A stretch of 64,000 bases of DNA, from positions 284,583 to 348,582 of the IMG/VR virus record IMGVR_UViG_3300027770_000025; one strand, given 5' to 3'. The position numbers and the translations under genes are program-made. Shown here in pieces: positions 28,920 through 39,333 of this stretch. The first letter of the stretch is position 1. Every line of letters begins with the position of its first letter. A model generated the notes under the pieces. That model searched no databases. It was not told the origin of the DNA and saw nothing but the letters and a program-made list of their open reading frames with translations.

Positions 28920-29864
28920 TCAATCGGTTAGTTTCTGTATTTGAAACACGAGTGATAATAAAGAAACAATAGGGTCTATAACTTGAGTCCTTTGAGCTTG
29001 ATGTTCTGCAACCAATACGATGACAGCAGGAATTATCTTCTTTAATTCAGGTTTATTATTGATTATCCAATTTATAAACTCCTCGCCAAGTGCAGACATT
29101 ACCTCATCAACCTTTCCGTGATATTCACCTACTATATTTTGATAATTTTTAACAGGATCTTTCGATGTTGTTATGAGGGTATATAAATCCTCGTATGACC
29201 AGCCAAGCTCATTTATTTTTGCAGAATCTACTTTCTTTATACCTTCGATCATCCATGTTTGAACCTTGTTAAGAGCTGATCTAAAATCAGGATAATAATT
29301 CTTCTGAAACTCAACAAGAGATTCGGAATCTATTTCAATCCCAATTTTTCCAAGAATCAACCCTATTCTTTTATTCCATTCTGCTTTTAATTCCTCCTCC
29401 TCGTTACTATTTACAGGGTTGAAATCAATAAGTTCAAAACGGCTTTGGATTGCATCAGGAACCTTATTGATATAGTTACACGTAGCAATGAATCTAGCAT
29501 TGCCAGCGAACTTTTCGACTGTTCCCCTTAGTGCTTTATAGAATTGGTCGGAAGCTCCGTCAAACTCATCTAAAATAACTATTTTTTTAGATGATTTTCC
29601 ATCCATTACAGAAATGGTAGAACAGAAGTCATTTATTTTTACTCTGATAGTTTCTACCGAGCTCTCGTCGGAGACATTTATAAATATACTAGGATAGCCG
29701 TTAGCTAAGATTTTGGCAAGAGTTGTTTTGCCACATCCAGGAGGTCCGCTTAAAAGTACGTTATGACCTAGGCCATTCGTAAAAAGATTCGATATCCTAT
29801 GAGGGAGAATCATATGCTTAAGCTCCTTTGGTCTAAGCTTTTCTGTTAAAAGTTCCTGTATCAT
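28920..29864 (-). CDS. gp44: Clamp loader large subunit (gp44/RFC AAA+)
   Basis: EKLRP, GPPGCGKTT, ILDEFD, AIQSRF, PDFRSALN. Confidence 0.92.
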   Translation of the reverse strand: MIQELLTEKLRPKELKHMILPHRISNLFTNGLGHNVLLSGPPGCGKTTLAKILANGYPSIFINVSDESSVETIRVKINDFCSTISVMDGKSSKKIVILDEFDGASDQFYKALRGTVEKFAGNARFIATCNYINKVPDAIQSRFELIDFNPVNSNEEEELKAEWNKRIGLILGKIGIEIDSESLVEFQKNYYPDFRSALNKVQTWMIEGIKKVDSAKINELGWSYEDLYTLITTSKDPVKNYQNIVGEYHGKVDEVMSALGEEFINWIINNKPELKKIIPAVIVLVAEHQAQRTQVIDPIVSLLSLVFQIQKLTD

Positions 29865-29897
29865 ATTGTTTCTATAGTTAAAAAATGAAGTTGTTTC

Positions 29898-31244
29898 TTA
29901 AAATTTCGAAGAAAGATCGTCTGAAGAATCTTTGTCCTGTCTAATGTCTACAAAACGTGGTAAGAAAAGGGATCTATTCTCGTGCTTATCTGTAATAGTG
30001 ACGTTATATAAAACTGCTGCGATTTTTCCAATGTGTGAATCGGGATCTTTACTTAAAGATTGTAAATCAAGATCTGTGAATCCGGATCCAACTTTAACAT
30101 TAAGTGTCTTCGAAGCATCAGTCATAATAAACCCACCGATATAGCCTTCCCTTTTACCTTCACCTGGATACCATCCGGTAATTTCAAGGTCACATTCATT
30201 AACCTCTTTGAACTTGACCCATGATTTAGATCTTTTGCATTCATAAGCACCGTTGTCTTTACAGATTACACCCTCTCCACCAATATCTACAATTTTTTTA
30301 TAAATTGCAGGGACTTCACCAGGATCAGAAAGCTCCCACATCTGGGCAAGCTTAACTGGTGATTCATCGGATAATCCATTGGTAATTTTTTCTAAAGTGT
30401 GTCTCCTATCAATATACTCTAAAACACCAACTCCTTTATCTAAGGTTACAAGTTCATCGAAATCAAAAACATTAAATAAAAATCCACTCTCTATATCAAT
30501 ACTGGCTGTTCCCTTTAGTATTTGTGTTACCTTACCGCTAACTGACTTTCTATTTAAGTCAGTTAATTCGCCGTCAAAAAACCAATTACCAGATAAACCT
30601 GAGTTTATCATACAAAGTTTTAAATCGAAAGTTATCTTAGGGAAGCAAGAGGCATTAAGCTCATTGAATGCCCGGGTAAAATATGTTATCTCACCATTTT
30701 TATATACTGCAATCACACGGACGCCATCATATTTTTCCTCACAATAGATTTTGTCCCATTTATCGATTGTTGAATGATCGTCGGTAGCTAGCATTAAGGA
30801 AGGATCTGGGATTAGCTCTCTAGAAAGTGCCTTATTAATTAGCTTTGCTCCAATCCCTATGTTCATTCTCTTGGTTAATATCTTCATAAGAGTCTTGCGG
30901 AGTTCTTCGTCTTCGCTTTCAACCTCTGATAATTTAGAGGATAATAATGTTTCCGCTCTAGATCTTAGCGAATCGTTTGCAGCGGGTGCTTTCTTTAAAT
31001 CTTCAACCAAATCTTTAAACTCCTCCCATAAATTAGGATTATGCTCTTTACACTGGGGTGGGAAATTTAGCTTATGCAGCTTAGTAGTAACAAAAGGATT
31101 AAAGCATGTATCCAGGATATACTCCATTTGAGGATTTATTGACTCCTTAATTAATACCTGTTTTGCTTTTTGCGAGCCATCACCTGTTAGAGATTCTACT
31201 ACCTTTAGAATCTTAATACTGTTTACCATTTCATCAAATTTCAT
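29898..31244 (-). CDS. ATP-dependent DNA ligase
   Basis: EEKYDGVR, FDGEL, EGVICK, KFKE, VGSGFTD, LFLPRF; early promoter at 31262-31282. Confidence 0.95.
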   Translation of the reverse strand: MKFDEMVNSIKILKVVESLTGDGSQKAKQVLIKESINPQMEYILDTCFNPFVTTKLHKLNFPPQCKEHNPNLWEEFKDLVEDLKKAPAANDSLRSRAETLLSSKLSEVESEDEELRKTLMKILTKRMNIGIGAKLINKALSRELIPDPSLMLATDDHSTIDKWDKIYCEEKYDGVRVIAVYKNGEITYFTRAFNELNASCFPKITFDLKLCMINSGLSGNWFFDGELTDLNRKSVSGKVTQILKGTASIDIESGFLFNVFDFDELVTLDKGVGVLEYIDRRHTLEKITNGLSDESPVKLAQMWELSDPGEVPAIYKKIVDIGGEGVICKDNGAYECKRSKSWVKFKEVNECDLEITGWYPGEGKREGYIGGFIMTDASKTLNVKVGSGFTDLDLQSLSKDPDSHIGKIAAVLYNVTITDKHENRSLFLPRFVDIRQDKDSSDDLSSKF

Positions 31245-31465
31245 ATATTGTATATTTTCTACAAATATAACGAATGATAACGGTTAAAAAAAATTATTCC
31301 TGATAATTTCGGAAAGAAAATTAGCACAATGGCGAAGGGTATTTAATATCTTCTATTTCACATTTTAACCATACTGTATTGAGTCATACGGTATATTGAA
31401 GGTGTTATGCTGATATAATGAGTAGAGTCGCTTATAACTGACTATAAGCTGTATTAAGAAAATAT

Positions 31466-33079
31466 TTATAGAGTTACTTCCGGTGCTTCTTCTTCCGCAC
31501 CTTCAGCTGGAGCAGCTTCTCCTTCAGCGGCTTCAGCTTTAGGAGCTTCTTTTGCCTCTTTTTTCTTGTAAGATTCGTTAGCTGCTAATTGATCTGGTGT
31601 TAATCCAAGGAATCTTTGAATAAGATAATCATTATCAAAATATGCTTTTTCCTCTTCCCCTGCTTTAACCTTAAGTTCTCCTAGGCCTTTGATGAATTCA
31701 CTTCTTTTAGAAAAATTGGTTAATTGAACCATTTCTTCAAATTCACTTTCCCTATGAAAATCTAATCCAAGATTTGTTTTAAAGCTTCTATCCCTAGATA
31801 GTTCGGGAAAATCTAAACACATCTGAATGTATAAAGGTTTTACTAATATCTCTTGAAATATCGATCTTAATCTCCTTAGAAATTTCTCAAATCTTATCTC
31901 ATCTCTTTCCAATTGATCTATTCCTGTCTGATAGTTAACTGGACCAGAAGCTCTGGATGCAAACCTAGCATAAGGTATCTTTGAATCCATTTTAAGCTTG
32001 TTATAGAAATAAAGAACATTATCCATAACGTTGAAATCAGGTCCGCTTGGATTAAGTGACTCAATTTGAGGTGATTGTCCATTCTGTTCCGGGAATAGAT
32101 AGTTTTTATAAAACTGAACCTTAGGTCTTCCATTAACTGTTAATTCCCCTGATGCGTCATTAATTGAGATATCTTCCTTATAGTTTGACATTAGCTGTCC
32201 TAAAGTTTGCATCGCTTTTTGAGGTGATTGGCTTCCGGTAGGTATAATAAATTTAAGTCTATAAGAAGCATTCATAACATTCCAGATTATTCTGGAATTT
32301 TCCATGATCCTAAGAATGTTATATGATCTAACTAATCTCTCGATATAGCTAACCCTAGATACGCTGTTTCCTTTAGCATAAGAGATATAGACAATCTGCT
32401 CGTTTGTAAGCTTCCGAGTCATTTGCGGATTCTTGGGATACTGAATCCAAAATTGCTGATATTCATTCTCACCAATTTTTTCAACCGCTGGCTGAAGTGA
32501 AGAAGCATCCAATTCTTTGAATCCTATTATCTCCTTACCCTTATTATCATAGATAATCTCGAAAGCAAGAAATCCATCTATTAGGAATTGTTTAAAATAC
32601 TGCCATCCTAGTATAGAATTCTGAAATCCAAAAACGTTATAAATCCTGTTATAGTGATCGGCTATTTTATCCTTTACCTTTTCCTTAATATCTAGATTAA
32701 CGAAAGAAGGATTAGCAAAATAATTTCTATCGTCGTATGTGATAGATTCGTCTGTAATAGTATCAAGTATAAATTCAATTTCTCCATTTAGTGAAAATTT
32801 TCTTAAAAAGTTTCTTTTTTCTATATAATCCTTATCGAAATAAGCAATATATTTTCTTACCTTGGTATCCTGATAGGAAGCTGTCCAATAGAAAGCATCA
32901 TCCTGGGTAAATCCAGTCCCCTGCTGAGAGAAAGCTCCTTCTGTTTTACCTATGGCCTGAGAGTTTCTAACGACCATATCATCATACTGCATACCAAACT
33001 TGGAAACCTTTCCTAGGTTCCTTATTATGTTGCCTAGAGCTGACTCGTTAGGTCTTAAAAAATCTAAAAATCCTGCCAT
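31466..33079 (-). CDS. gp20: Portal protein (gp20-like), paralog 2
   Basis: FLIDG, SYIERLVRSYNILRIMENSRIIW, KIPYARF, RDEIRFEKFLRRLRSIF. Confidence 0.88.
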   Translation of the reverse strand: MAGFLDFLRPNESALGNIIRNLGKVSKFGMQYDDMVVRNSQAIGKTEGAFSQQGTGFTQDDAFYWTASYQDTKVRKYIAYFDKDYIEKRNFLRKFSLNGEIEFILDTITDESITYDDRNYFANPSFVNLDIKEKVKDKIADHYNRIYNVFGFQNSILGWQYFKQFLIDGFLAFEIIYDNKGKEIIGFKELDASSLQPAVEKIGENEYQQFWIQYPKNPQMTRKLTNEQIVYISYAKGNSVSRVSYIERLVRSYNILRIMENSRIIWNVMNASYRLKFIIPTGSQSPQKAMQTLGQLMSNYKEDISINDASGELTVNGRPKVQFYKNYLFPEQNGQSPQIESLNPSGPDFNVMDNVLYFYNKLKMDSKIPYARFASRASGPVNYQTGIDQLERDEIRFEKFLRRLRSIFQEILVKPLYIQMCLDFPELSRDRSFKTNLGLDFHRESEFEEMVQLTNFSKRSEFIKGLGELKVKAGEEEKAYFDNDYLIQRFLGLTPDQLAANESYKKKEAKEAPKAEAAEGEAAPAEGAEEEAPEVTL

Positions 33080-33088
33080 TTCTTATTT

Positions 33089-34699
33089 TTATAATGTTAC
33101 TTGGGTTGATTTTTCTTCTCCCTCTTCACCATTCTCTCCGCCTTCTTTATCCTCTGACTTTTTCTTTTCCTTCGCTTTTCTATCCATAACCTCTCTATTT
33201 GCAATGATATCTTGTCTAGACATACCAAGGAATGTTTCGATAAGAAATGCAGTAGAGAAATAAGGCTTTTCCTCATCACCAACTAATCCGGACATAGCAG
33301 TAACAGATTCTTTTCTTTTGTTGATCACGTCCATTTCCTGATTAATCTTAAATGGATTATCAGAAAAGTAGTCAAGTCCCATTTGACTTTTAAACATGAA
33401 ATCTTTTTCTAAATGTGTATATTTCTTAGCCATCTGAATCCAGAGTGGTTTGACTAATATCTCTTGGAATACAGATCTTAATCTTTCGATAAATTTGGCA
33501 AACCTTATCTCCTCCTTGTCCAATCCTTCTGCACCGTTAGAGTAGGGAGAAGTATTACCCCCGTCGGGTGTATGAAATCTAGAGGGTGGAACTTTCGATT
33601 CCTGGACAAACTTATCAAAGAAATATGATAAAGGTGCGGGATCATTAAGATTTGGTCCTTCTGTATTAACTGGCTCGATAGTAGGTGTACCGTTAACCCC
33701 AGAAGGCATCAGATAGTTCTTATAGAACTGTATCTTAGGTTTACCGTCTACCAGTAATTCTCCGCTATCATCATTTAGCTGAATGTCTTCCTTATAAATA
33801 CTCATAAGTTCTCCTAAAGTCTGCATACCTTTTTGAGGAGATTTAGTACCAATGGGAACTGTCATCTTTAGTCTGAATGAAGAATTCATTACTGACCATA
33901 TAATTCTGGTATATTCTATAATCCTTAGAATATTATAGGGCCTAATTAATCTCTCGATGTAACTTACTCTAGATATAGAGTTTCCCTTAGCGTATGAAAT
34001 GTAAATTATTTGTGGATCGTAAAGTACTCTTCTCCTTTTTGGGTCCTGAGGAAATTGTGTCCAGGTATTAATAAAGGTACCGTCTATTTGTTTTTCAACC
34101 GATGGTACAATAGTAACCGAATCTAATTCTTTGAATCCTACGATATATTTACCGTCATCATCATATATGATCTCAAAGCATAAAAATCCATCAACTAAAA
34201 ACTGTCTGAAGTATTGCCATCCTGTTATATCATCACTGAATCCCCATATATCATAAAGCTTCTTGTAATTCTCATATAACTCATCTTTAAGTTTCTCATT
34301 GATATTAGTTATATCGATAAAATCAGGGTATGCAAAAAAGTTAGCTGGATCATAAGATATAGCCTCATCGCATATAGTATCTAGTACCCATTCTATTTCG
34401 GGATTAAGCGAGAATTTTCTTAAATAATCTCTTTTACCCTTATAATCTTTATCGAAATATGAAATGAATTGTCTTGTAGTAATATCCTGCTTCGCTAATG
34501 TCCAAAGCATGCTTTCATCTTCTACATTAGCCTTATTCTTGTTTAAGAATGCAGCTTCAGTTACACCAACTGCTTGTGAATTTCTGATGACCATGTCATC
34601 ATATTTCATACCAAAAGTGCTTAGCTTTCTCACCGATTCCCTAATCCTCTGTATAACAGGAGATTGGGATGGATCATTATTATCTACAAAACCGGCCAT
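33089..34699 (-). CDS. gp20: Portal protein (gp20-like), paralog 1
   Basis: FLVDG, SYIERLIRPYNILRIIEYTRIIW, KVPPSRF, KEEIRFAKFIERLRSVF. Confidence 0.88.
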   Translation of the reverse strand: MAGFVDNNDPSQSPVIQRIRESVRKLSTFGMKYDDMVIRNSQAVGVTEAAFLNKNKANVEDESMLWTLAKQDITTRQFISYFDKDYKGKRDYLRKFSLNPEIEWVLDTICDEAISYDPANFFAYPDFIDITNINEKLKDELYENYKKLYDIWGFSDDITGWQYFRQFLVDGFLCFEIIYDDDGKYIVGFKELDSVTIVPSVEKQIDGTFINTWTQFPQDPKRRRVLYDPQIIYISYAKGNSISRVSYIERLIRPYNILRIIEYTRIIWSVMNSSFRLKMTVPIGTKSPQKGMQTLGELMSIYKEDIQLNDDSGELLVDGKPKIQFYKNYLMPSGVNGTPTIEPVNTEGPNLNDPAPLSYFFDKFVQESKVPPSRFHTPDGGNTSPYSNGAEGLDKEEIRFAKFIERLRSVFQEILVKPLWIQMAKKYTHLEKDFMFKSQMGLDYFSDNPFKINQEMDVINKRKESVTAMSGLVGDEEKPYFSTAFLIETFLGMSRQDIIANREVMDRKAKEKKKSEDKEGGENGEEGEEKSTQVTL

Positions 34700-34732
34700 T
34701 TAGTATATTTTTAGTTATTCTAGTTACGAAAC

Positions 34733-35338
34733 TCAAATTAATTTCGATTGGTATTCCTTATATATCCCTGCTATATCTAAGCCCTCTACTTGAGATTTTC
34801 TAAGATATGGTATTTTATACCAGTCATCTAGATCTAAAATGCTGATCTCCCTTATGAATGTTGTCTTAAATCCGAAGACTGAATACTCATATCCCGTACC
34901 CAAAAGAATTTTTTTAAGATTTATATTTGTTAAAGGCAGTGGGGTTATTGCTCCACCTTTTGTGTAATGATTTTGGTTTTTCTCTATGATGCTAGTAAAG
35001 TTATCATAGATCTTACCCAATATTTTCACTCTATATTCGGGAGGGGTTACTATTAAATCTATACCAGAGAGTATAATCCCATTTTCTTTTGTCTGGTAAG
35101 AATCAGTACATAGCACTATGGGATTTCTGTCTATAAACTTTCTTTTCTCTGTTACCTCGCTGTCTGTAGGATAGGGAAAGGAGTATATCTCGCCAGGGAT
35201 AAACGGGGGTGAGAATTTCTTCTCCGATTTCCCGCCTTGGAAATACTTTTCTGTAAATATATCATCGGTATTCCTTACAAGATCTGCAATACTGGGAAAT
35301 TCTTTTTTATATTCTAATACTAATTCTGAATAGGTCAT
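34733..35338 (-). CDS. gp2: DNA end protector (T4 gp2-like)
   Basis: PGEIYSFPY...DRNPIVL...GIDLIVTPP pattern; adjacent to gp4 as in T4-like phages. Confidence 0.6.
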   Translation of the reverse strand: MTYSELVLEYKKEFPSIADLVRNTDDIFTEKYFQGGKSEKKFSPPFIPGEIYSFPYPTDSEVTEKRKFIDRNPIVLCTDSYQTKENGIILSGIDLIVTPPEYRVKILGKIYDNFTSIIEKNQNHYTKGGAITPLPLTNINLKKILLGTGYEYSVFGFKTTFIREISILDLDDWYKIPYLRKSQVEGLDIAGIYKEYQSKLI

Positions 35339-35820
35339 CTACTTTTAAATAGAAATTTTTCATCGACCACACCGAATCTAAACCCTCTTTTTTCTGCCCA
35401 TTCCTTTGCTGCTTTGAATTTTGCCTGATTTGTTATCCATACCTGCATACTGTGATTATATGACTTTAACTTAGCAAGAGTCATAGCTCCTTCGTAGATG
35501 GGCTTTTGTGTTTGTCTTTCTGGTTTTATTTCGATAATCCACTCTTGCTCTTCTTCAGATTCTTTGAGTACCTTTATATAGAAATCCACATTATAATCAT
35601 GTTCTTTCTTATCCAGTGGATTGAAATACTTAATTGCTATAGGTTCGGAACTCCATTTTAATATAGAATCATTTGTATCGCAATAAACACAAAAACGATA
35701 TTCCCAGGAAGACCTGTATATTATATTATGGATGTCACCAATATACTTTTCTGGCTTAGATGGTTCAAATTTTCCAGATTTATAATCACCATTAGGCTTT
35801 ACCTTCTTTATATCGGTCAT
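35335..35820 (-). CDS. gp4: Head completion nuclease (gp4/TnsA-like)
   Basis: PEKYIGD...YRSSWE...WSSE...VDFY...EIKP...NQAKFKAA. Confidence 0.9.
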   Translation of the reverse strand: MTDIKKVKPNGDYKSGKFEPSKPEKYIGDIHNIIYRSSWEYRFCVYCDTNDSILKWSSEPIAIKYFNPLDKKEHDYNVDFYIKVLKESEEEQEWIIEIKPERQTQKPIYEGAMTLAKLKSYNHSMQVWITNQAKFKAAKEWAEKRGFRFGVVDEKFLFKSR

Positions 35821-35831
35821 TCGAATTAAGA

Positions 35832-36191
35832 TTAAACGTTATAAGTGTTATCATCACCAGTTATATAACTGAATGGTATCATCTTAGGACTTTTCGGAGG
35901 ATGCAGTTTCTTCCATCCTTTTGCAAATCCATTCTTAGCTATTTGAGTAAAATAAGCAAATGGATTGTTAGATTTTTCCGGATTGAATCTGTCCCAATAT
36001 TTACAAAGATCCTCCATAGCAAATGCCATGCAATCCTCTTTGTCTTCCGGATCCTTATAAGCCATTTTTTTAGATATACCTTGTATCATAAGGTTAAACA
36101 TTCTTATGGTCTCGGGGGTAAGTTTACCCAATTTTTTTGATTCTATAACAGCGACAATAAGTTCACTATTTCTAACATATTCTTTTGCCAT
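35832..36191 (-). CDS. gp55: Late-transcription sigma factor (gp55-like, short)
   Basis: YVRNSEL, FNPEKSNNPFAYFTQI. Confidence 0.8.
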   Translation of the reverse strand: MAKEYVRNSELIVAVIESKKLGKLTPETIRMFNLMIQGISKKMAYKDPEDKEDCMAFAMEDLCKYWDRFNPEKSNNPFAYFTQIAKNGFAKGWKKLHPPKSPKMIPFSYITGDDNTYNV

Positions 36192-36254
36192 TAATTTTTT
36201 ATATTTTTTAAGGTTGGTATTACTCTTTCTAGTAGAAAAAAGGTAAATTATTTC

Positions 36255-36286
36255 AAAAAAAAGAACGTAGCCTATTGTCTACGTTC
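36255..36286 (-). terminator. Intrinsic terminator
   Basis: Minus strand GAACGTAG-ACAATAGG-CTACGTTC-TTTTTTT. Confidence 0.8.
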
Positions 36287-36303
36287 CCTGATTGTTTTTA
36301 ATA

Positions 36304-36462
36304 CTATTTGGAGTCTTCTTTTGTATCTTCTTCCTCTTCTTGTTCTTCTTGTTCTTTCCCTGTTGGGGCTTTACTTAATTTTCCTGCGGAAGAATCTACG
36401 AATTTTTTTCCCGGTGCGTTCTGATTTTCTGCCTTAGGAGCAAAATAGAAGTTGCGGCTTAG
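36304..36462 (-). CDS. -1 frame extension (52 aa) of the 766-aa protein
   Basis: LSRNFYFAPKAENQNAPGKKFVDSSAGKLSKAPTGKEQEEQEEEEDTKEDSK*, with no start codon, opening at the TTA AAA AAA AAC TAA slippery site. Confidence 0.6.
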   Translation of the reverse strand, partial: LSRNFYFAPKAENQNAPGKKFVDSSAGKLSKAPTGKEQEEQEEEEDTKEDSK

Positions 36463-38759
36463 TTTTTTTTTAAATCGTCTGCTTCGTCTAGGTTGTATCC
36501 AATTTCGTCATTTACTTCGAAATCGATATCACCTTCTGTTCCAGGAGCTTCAGCTAGATTCATAAATTTATCCAGAGAAGTTAAGTGTTTTTTTTCTTTC
36601 GTAGATTTTCCAGATTCGTTTACTGTTAGGTTGTAACCGTGCATATGATCTAATTTCATTCCGATCTCGTCGTCTTCGCCTTTAGGTGCTTTAGTAAATC
36701 CGTGTCCGTCTGCAAATGTTTTCAATAAAGCTTTTTGTTCTTCCTCGCTTAATGCAGATTTATTTAGATTTCTTGAAATCTCATCTGATTCTTTAACTTC
36801 ACCGCCTTCTTCTTCACCTTTAGAATCGTCATTTTTTTCTGCTGCTTGACTTAAAGCCTCTTCTAAATCAGAAATCTCGTTAACTAAAAAGTCTGAAGTT
36901 TTACCAGTATCTAAAAGAATAGTGAATCTACCCGAAGATCCATCTACGGATATGATCTTCCCCGTTTCTCCTGATTCTTTAACCTTGATGTAATCCCCAA
37001 TGTTGAATTTCTCATCTTCAGATAGGGTTTCGATCTCAGGAGTGATTTCAGCTTTATCTAATTCAATATTGATTTGATTCCATTTTTCTCTTAGTACTGA
37101 AAGTTCGCTATTAAGTAAAGAATGTGCGGTCTTCATTTCTTTTGAAGCAGCATATAATGGATTGTTTTCCATTAAGCTCTCAATTTTATTGATTTGATCT
37201 TCCACACTAGAAATATTTTCTAATACTTTAGTTCTGTCATTAATCATAATAGACTTAAGTTTTTGCTCTCCGTCTAAGAATTCTGTTAATCCTTCAGCGA
37301 TATCATATCTTAAGTAATCCTTAACCATTTTAACTGCCTGAGATCCATTTACTTTGTAAATTGAATTCTCTCTCATTCCCTCGTTAATTCTCTGAAGATA
37401 AATCTCGTTATTCCATTTAATAAGGTTGATTGCTACTCCTTCGTAAATATTGGAAGTTATATTTTTAGCAAAATCTAATTCAACGATATTAGAGAAGTTT
37501 ACATAAAGATTAAGGATATCATTAACTACCTGAGATTCATTAACAGCAAAGTGAGATGCTGATTCTAATCCTAATACTTTACCTAATTCTCCAACGCTTC
37601 TAAAGTTTAATTTTGATTTACCTAGGTAAACAGATACACTTTCATTTTCTTCTACTAAGCTAACATATTTCTTACCTAATTGAATTAGGATACCATTTTC
37701 GTTAATTCTAACATAAGATCTAACCGATGCGTTTACCAATCCGATATAATCAGATGGAACTGAACCAATTTCTTTTGTACTTAATTTTCTAAAAGATTCA
37801 CCTTGAGCTTCAAATAAGCTGTTACCTATTGCAAAGATAGTCTTATCCCCTTCAATTAAGATCGGTGAGTAAATTCTGCCTACTTTTGATTCACCTTGAG
37901 CATTAACAGGGATTTCTAATTTTCTAGTATCAGCTGCTTCATTAACATTTAAGTAATTGATTAAATTTCTAACAACCGGATTGAAAGACCATTTAGTAAT
38001 TTCTTTAGATAATAAACCAGAAGATTTACCTTCTGAAATTAACCAGTTGTTTAATGACTCGCTAAGCTCAGAATAAAAGCTATTATTTCCACTTTGCTTA
38101 ATAGATTCTAAAACTTTAGAAACCTCTATCTCTCTAGCGAATTTAGTAGATTTCTCTTTTAATCCCTCAATCAAAGGTAAAACTGTAACGTCCCATTTGA
38201 ATGATTCTAATTCAGCAATAAAGTTATCAATTACTGCAAATTCAGGTACGTTTTTATTTACGATGATATTTGCATATTGTTCACAAACAATTTTAACTTT
38301 AGGGTATTCGTATATAGAAAGACCTCTTAGATCGTTAATTGATTCTAAAACTCCTAGATTTTTTAATCCCTGAGCATCAACAAAAGATTTAGCGCTATCA
38401 TCATTCGAAGCTAAATTATTTAAGCTTTCTAATAATGAATTGCTAGTATCCTCTTTCTTTTCGTTATCTAAATATGAACCAGCATTATTTAAAGATGGAT
38501 TAGCTTTTAGTCCTCCCCATGATTCCATTAAAGATGATGCTGCTTTTTTAGAAGCCCCCATCTGTTCGCTCTTTATTGATTCCCAGTGATTTTTTAATTC
38601 TGGTGTTGCTTCTATATCTGAAGCTTGCTCGTTAAGAGCAGCAAGAACTTGGCTTTCGCTCATTTCAGATGATCCGTTAAGATAGCTTTCGCATATCTGT
38701 CTAACCTCTGGCGATTTTGTTAGTTCTTTTAGTTTTTTAACTTGGTTTATAAAATCCAT
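36459..38759 (-). CDS. Large acidic late protein, putative prohead core/head protein
   Basis: Late motif at 38784-38791; many [LIV]xE sites; KOW-like FNIGDYIKVKESGETGKII; C-terminal AP repeats. Confidence 0.55.
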   Translation of the reverse strand: MDFINQVKKLKELTKSPEVRQICESYLNGSSEMSESQVLAALNEQASDIEATPELKNHWESIKSEQMGASKKAASSLMESWGGLKANPSLNNAGSYLDNEKKEDTSNSLLESLNNLASNDDSAKSFVDAQGLKNLGVLESINDLRGLSIYEYPKVKIVCEQYANIIVNKNVPEFAVIDNFIAELESFKWDVTVLPLIEGLKEKSTKFAREIEVSKVLESIKQSGNNSFYSELSESLNNWLISEGKSSGLLSKEITKWSFNPVVRNLINYLNVNEAADTRKLEIPVNAQGESKVGRIYSPILIEGDKTIFAIGNSLFEAQGESFRKLSTKEIGSVPSDYIGLVNASVRSYVRINENGILIQLGKKYVSLVEENESVSVYLGKSKLNFRSVGELGKVLGLESASHFAVNESQVVNDILNLYVNFSNIVELDFAKNITSNIYEGVAINLIKWNNEIYLQRINEGMRENSIYKVNGSQAVKMVKDYLRYDIAEGLTEFLDGEQKLKSIMINDRTKVLENISSVEDQINKIESLMENNPLYAASKEMKTAHSLLNSELSVLREKWNQINIELDKAEITPEIETLSEDEKFNIGDYIKVKESGETGKIISVDGSSGRFTILLDTGKTSDFLVNEISDLEEALSQAAEKNDDSKGEEEGGEVKESDEISRNLNKSALSEEEQKALLKTFADGHGFTKAPKGEDDEIGMKLDHMHGYNLTVNESGKSTKEKKHLTSLDKFMNLAEAPGTEGDIDFEVNDEIGYNLDEADDLKKN

Positions 38760-38843
38760 GGTCTTTTGTTTTTTTAATCTTTTTATATATCCACGTTATG
38801 GATAGAAACTTTTTACTATATATTTAAACTGTGTCGAATTTTA

Positions 38844-39329
38844 TCACTTACACACTAAGATTTCTAATTTAATATCTATGTCAGAATGTGTATTACAGAA
38901 AACTATGCCTCCTAGGTCTGAATATACCCCAGGTTTAGATAGAAGCCATCCCTCGTAAATTGAATCAGTAGCTGATATTCTTTTTCCCGAAAGCACCATT
39001 AATTCACCCATATAATATGTATTTCCCAGATAAGTCCATTCGAGATATTTTCTTGACTCCACTGTAGTTGACGGAAATATAGCTTTTACTCCTAAGAACG
39101 AAACATATCCAAGATCGTCTCCTATATCTGTTTGCTGAAGAAGAAAACATTTTCCTGCTTTTAATGTAACCCTACTTTTACTAAAAGATACGGTTTCTTC
39201 TAGGAGATCCCTCATATCTAGGTAAATTGGTAGCTTCATGCTATTACCCTCATCTAATACAAGGCTGCCTCTATAGAATCTGAATCCCGTTCCTTCGTCA
39301 TATGGGCATATTATTGGTTTAGTTGCCAT
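38844..39329 (-). CDS. Putative structural protein, paralog A
   Basis: Aligns by eye with 39334..40008 (RF..SLV, YLD, LG..S, W.Y.GN, MG..MVL.G, GW.L, GG..F.N, KL.I). Confidence 0.65.
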   Translation of the reverse strand: MATKPIICPYDEGTGFRFYRGSLVLDEGNSMKLPIYLDMRDLLEETVSFSKSRVTLKAGKCFLLQQTDIGDDLGYVSFLGVKAIFPSTTVESRKYLEWTYLGNTYYMGELMVLSGKRISATDSIYEGWLLSKPGVYSDLGGIVFCNTHSDIDIKLEILVCK

Positions 39330-39333
39330 TTTA

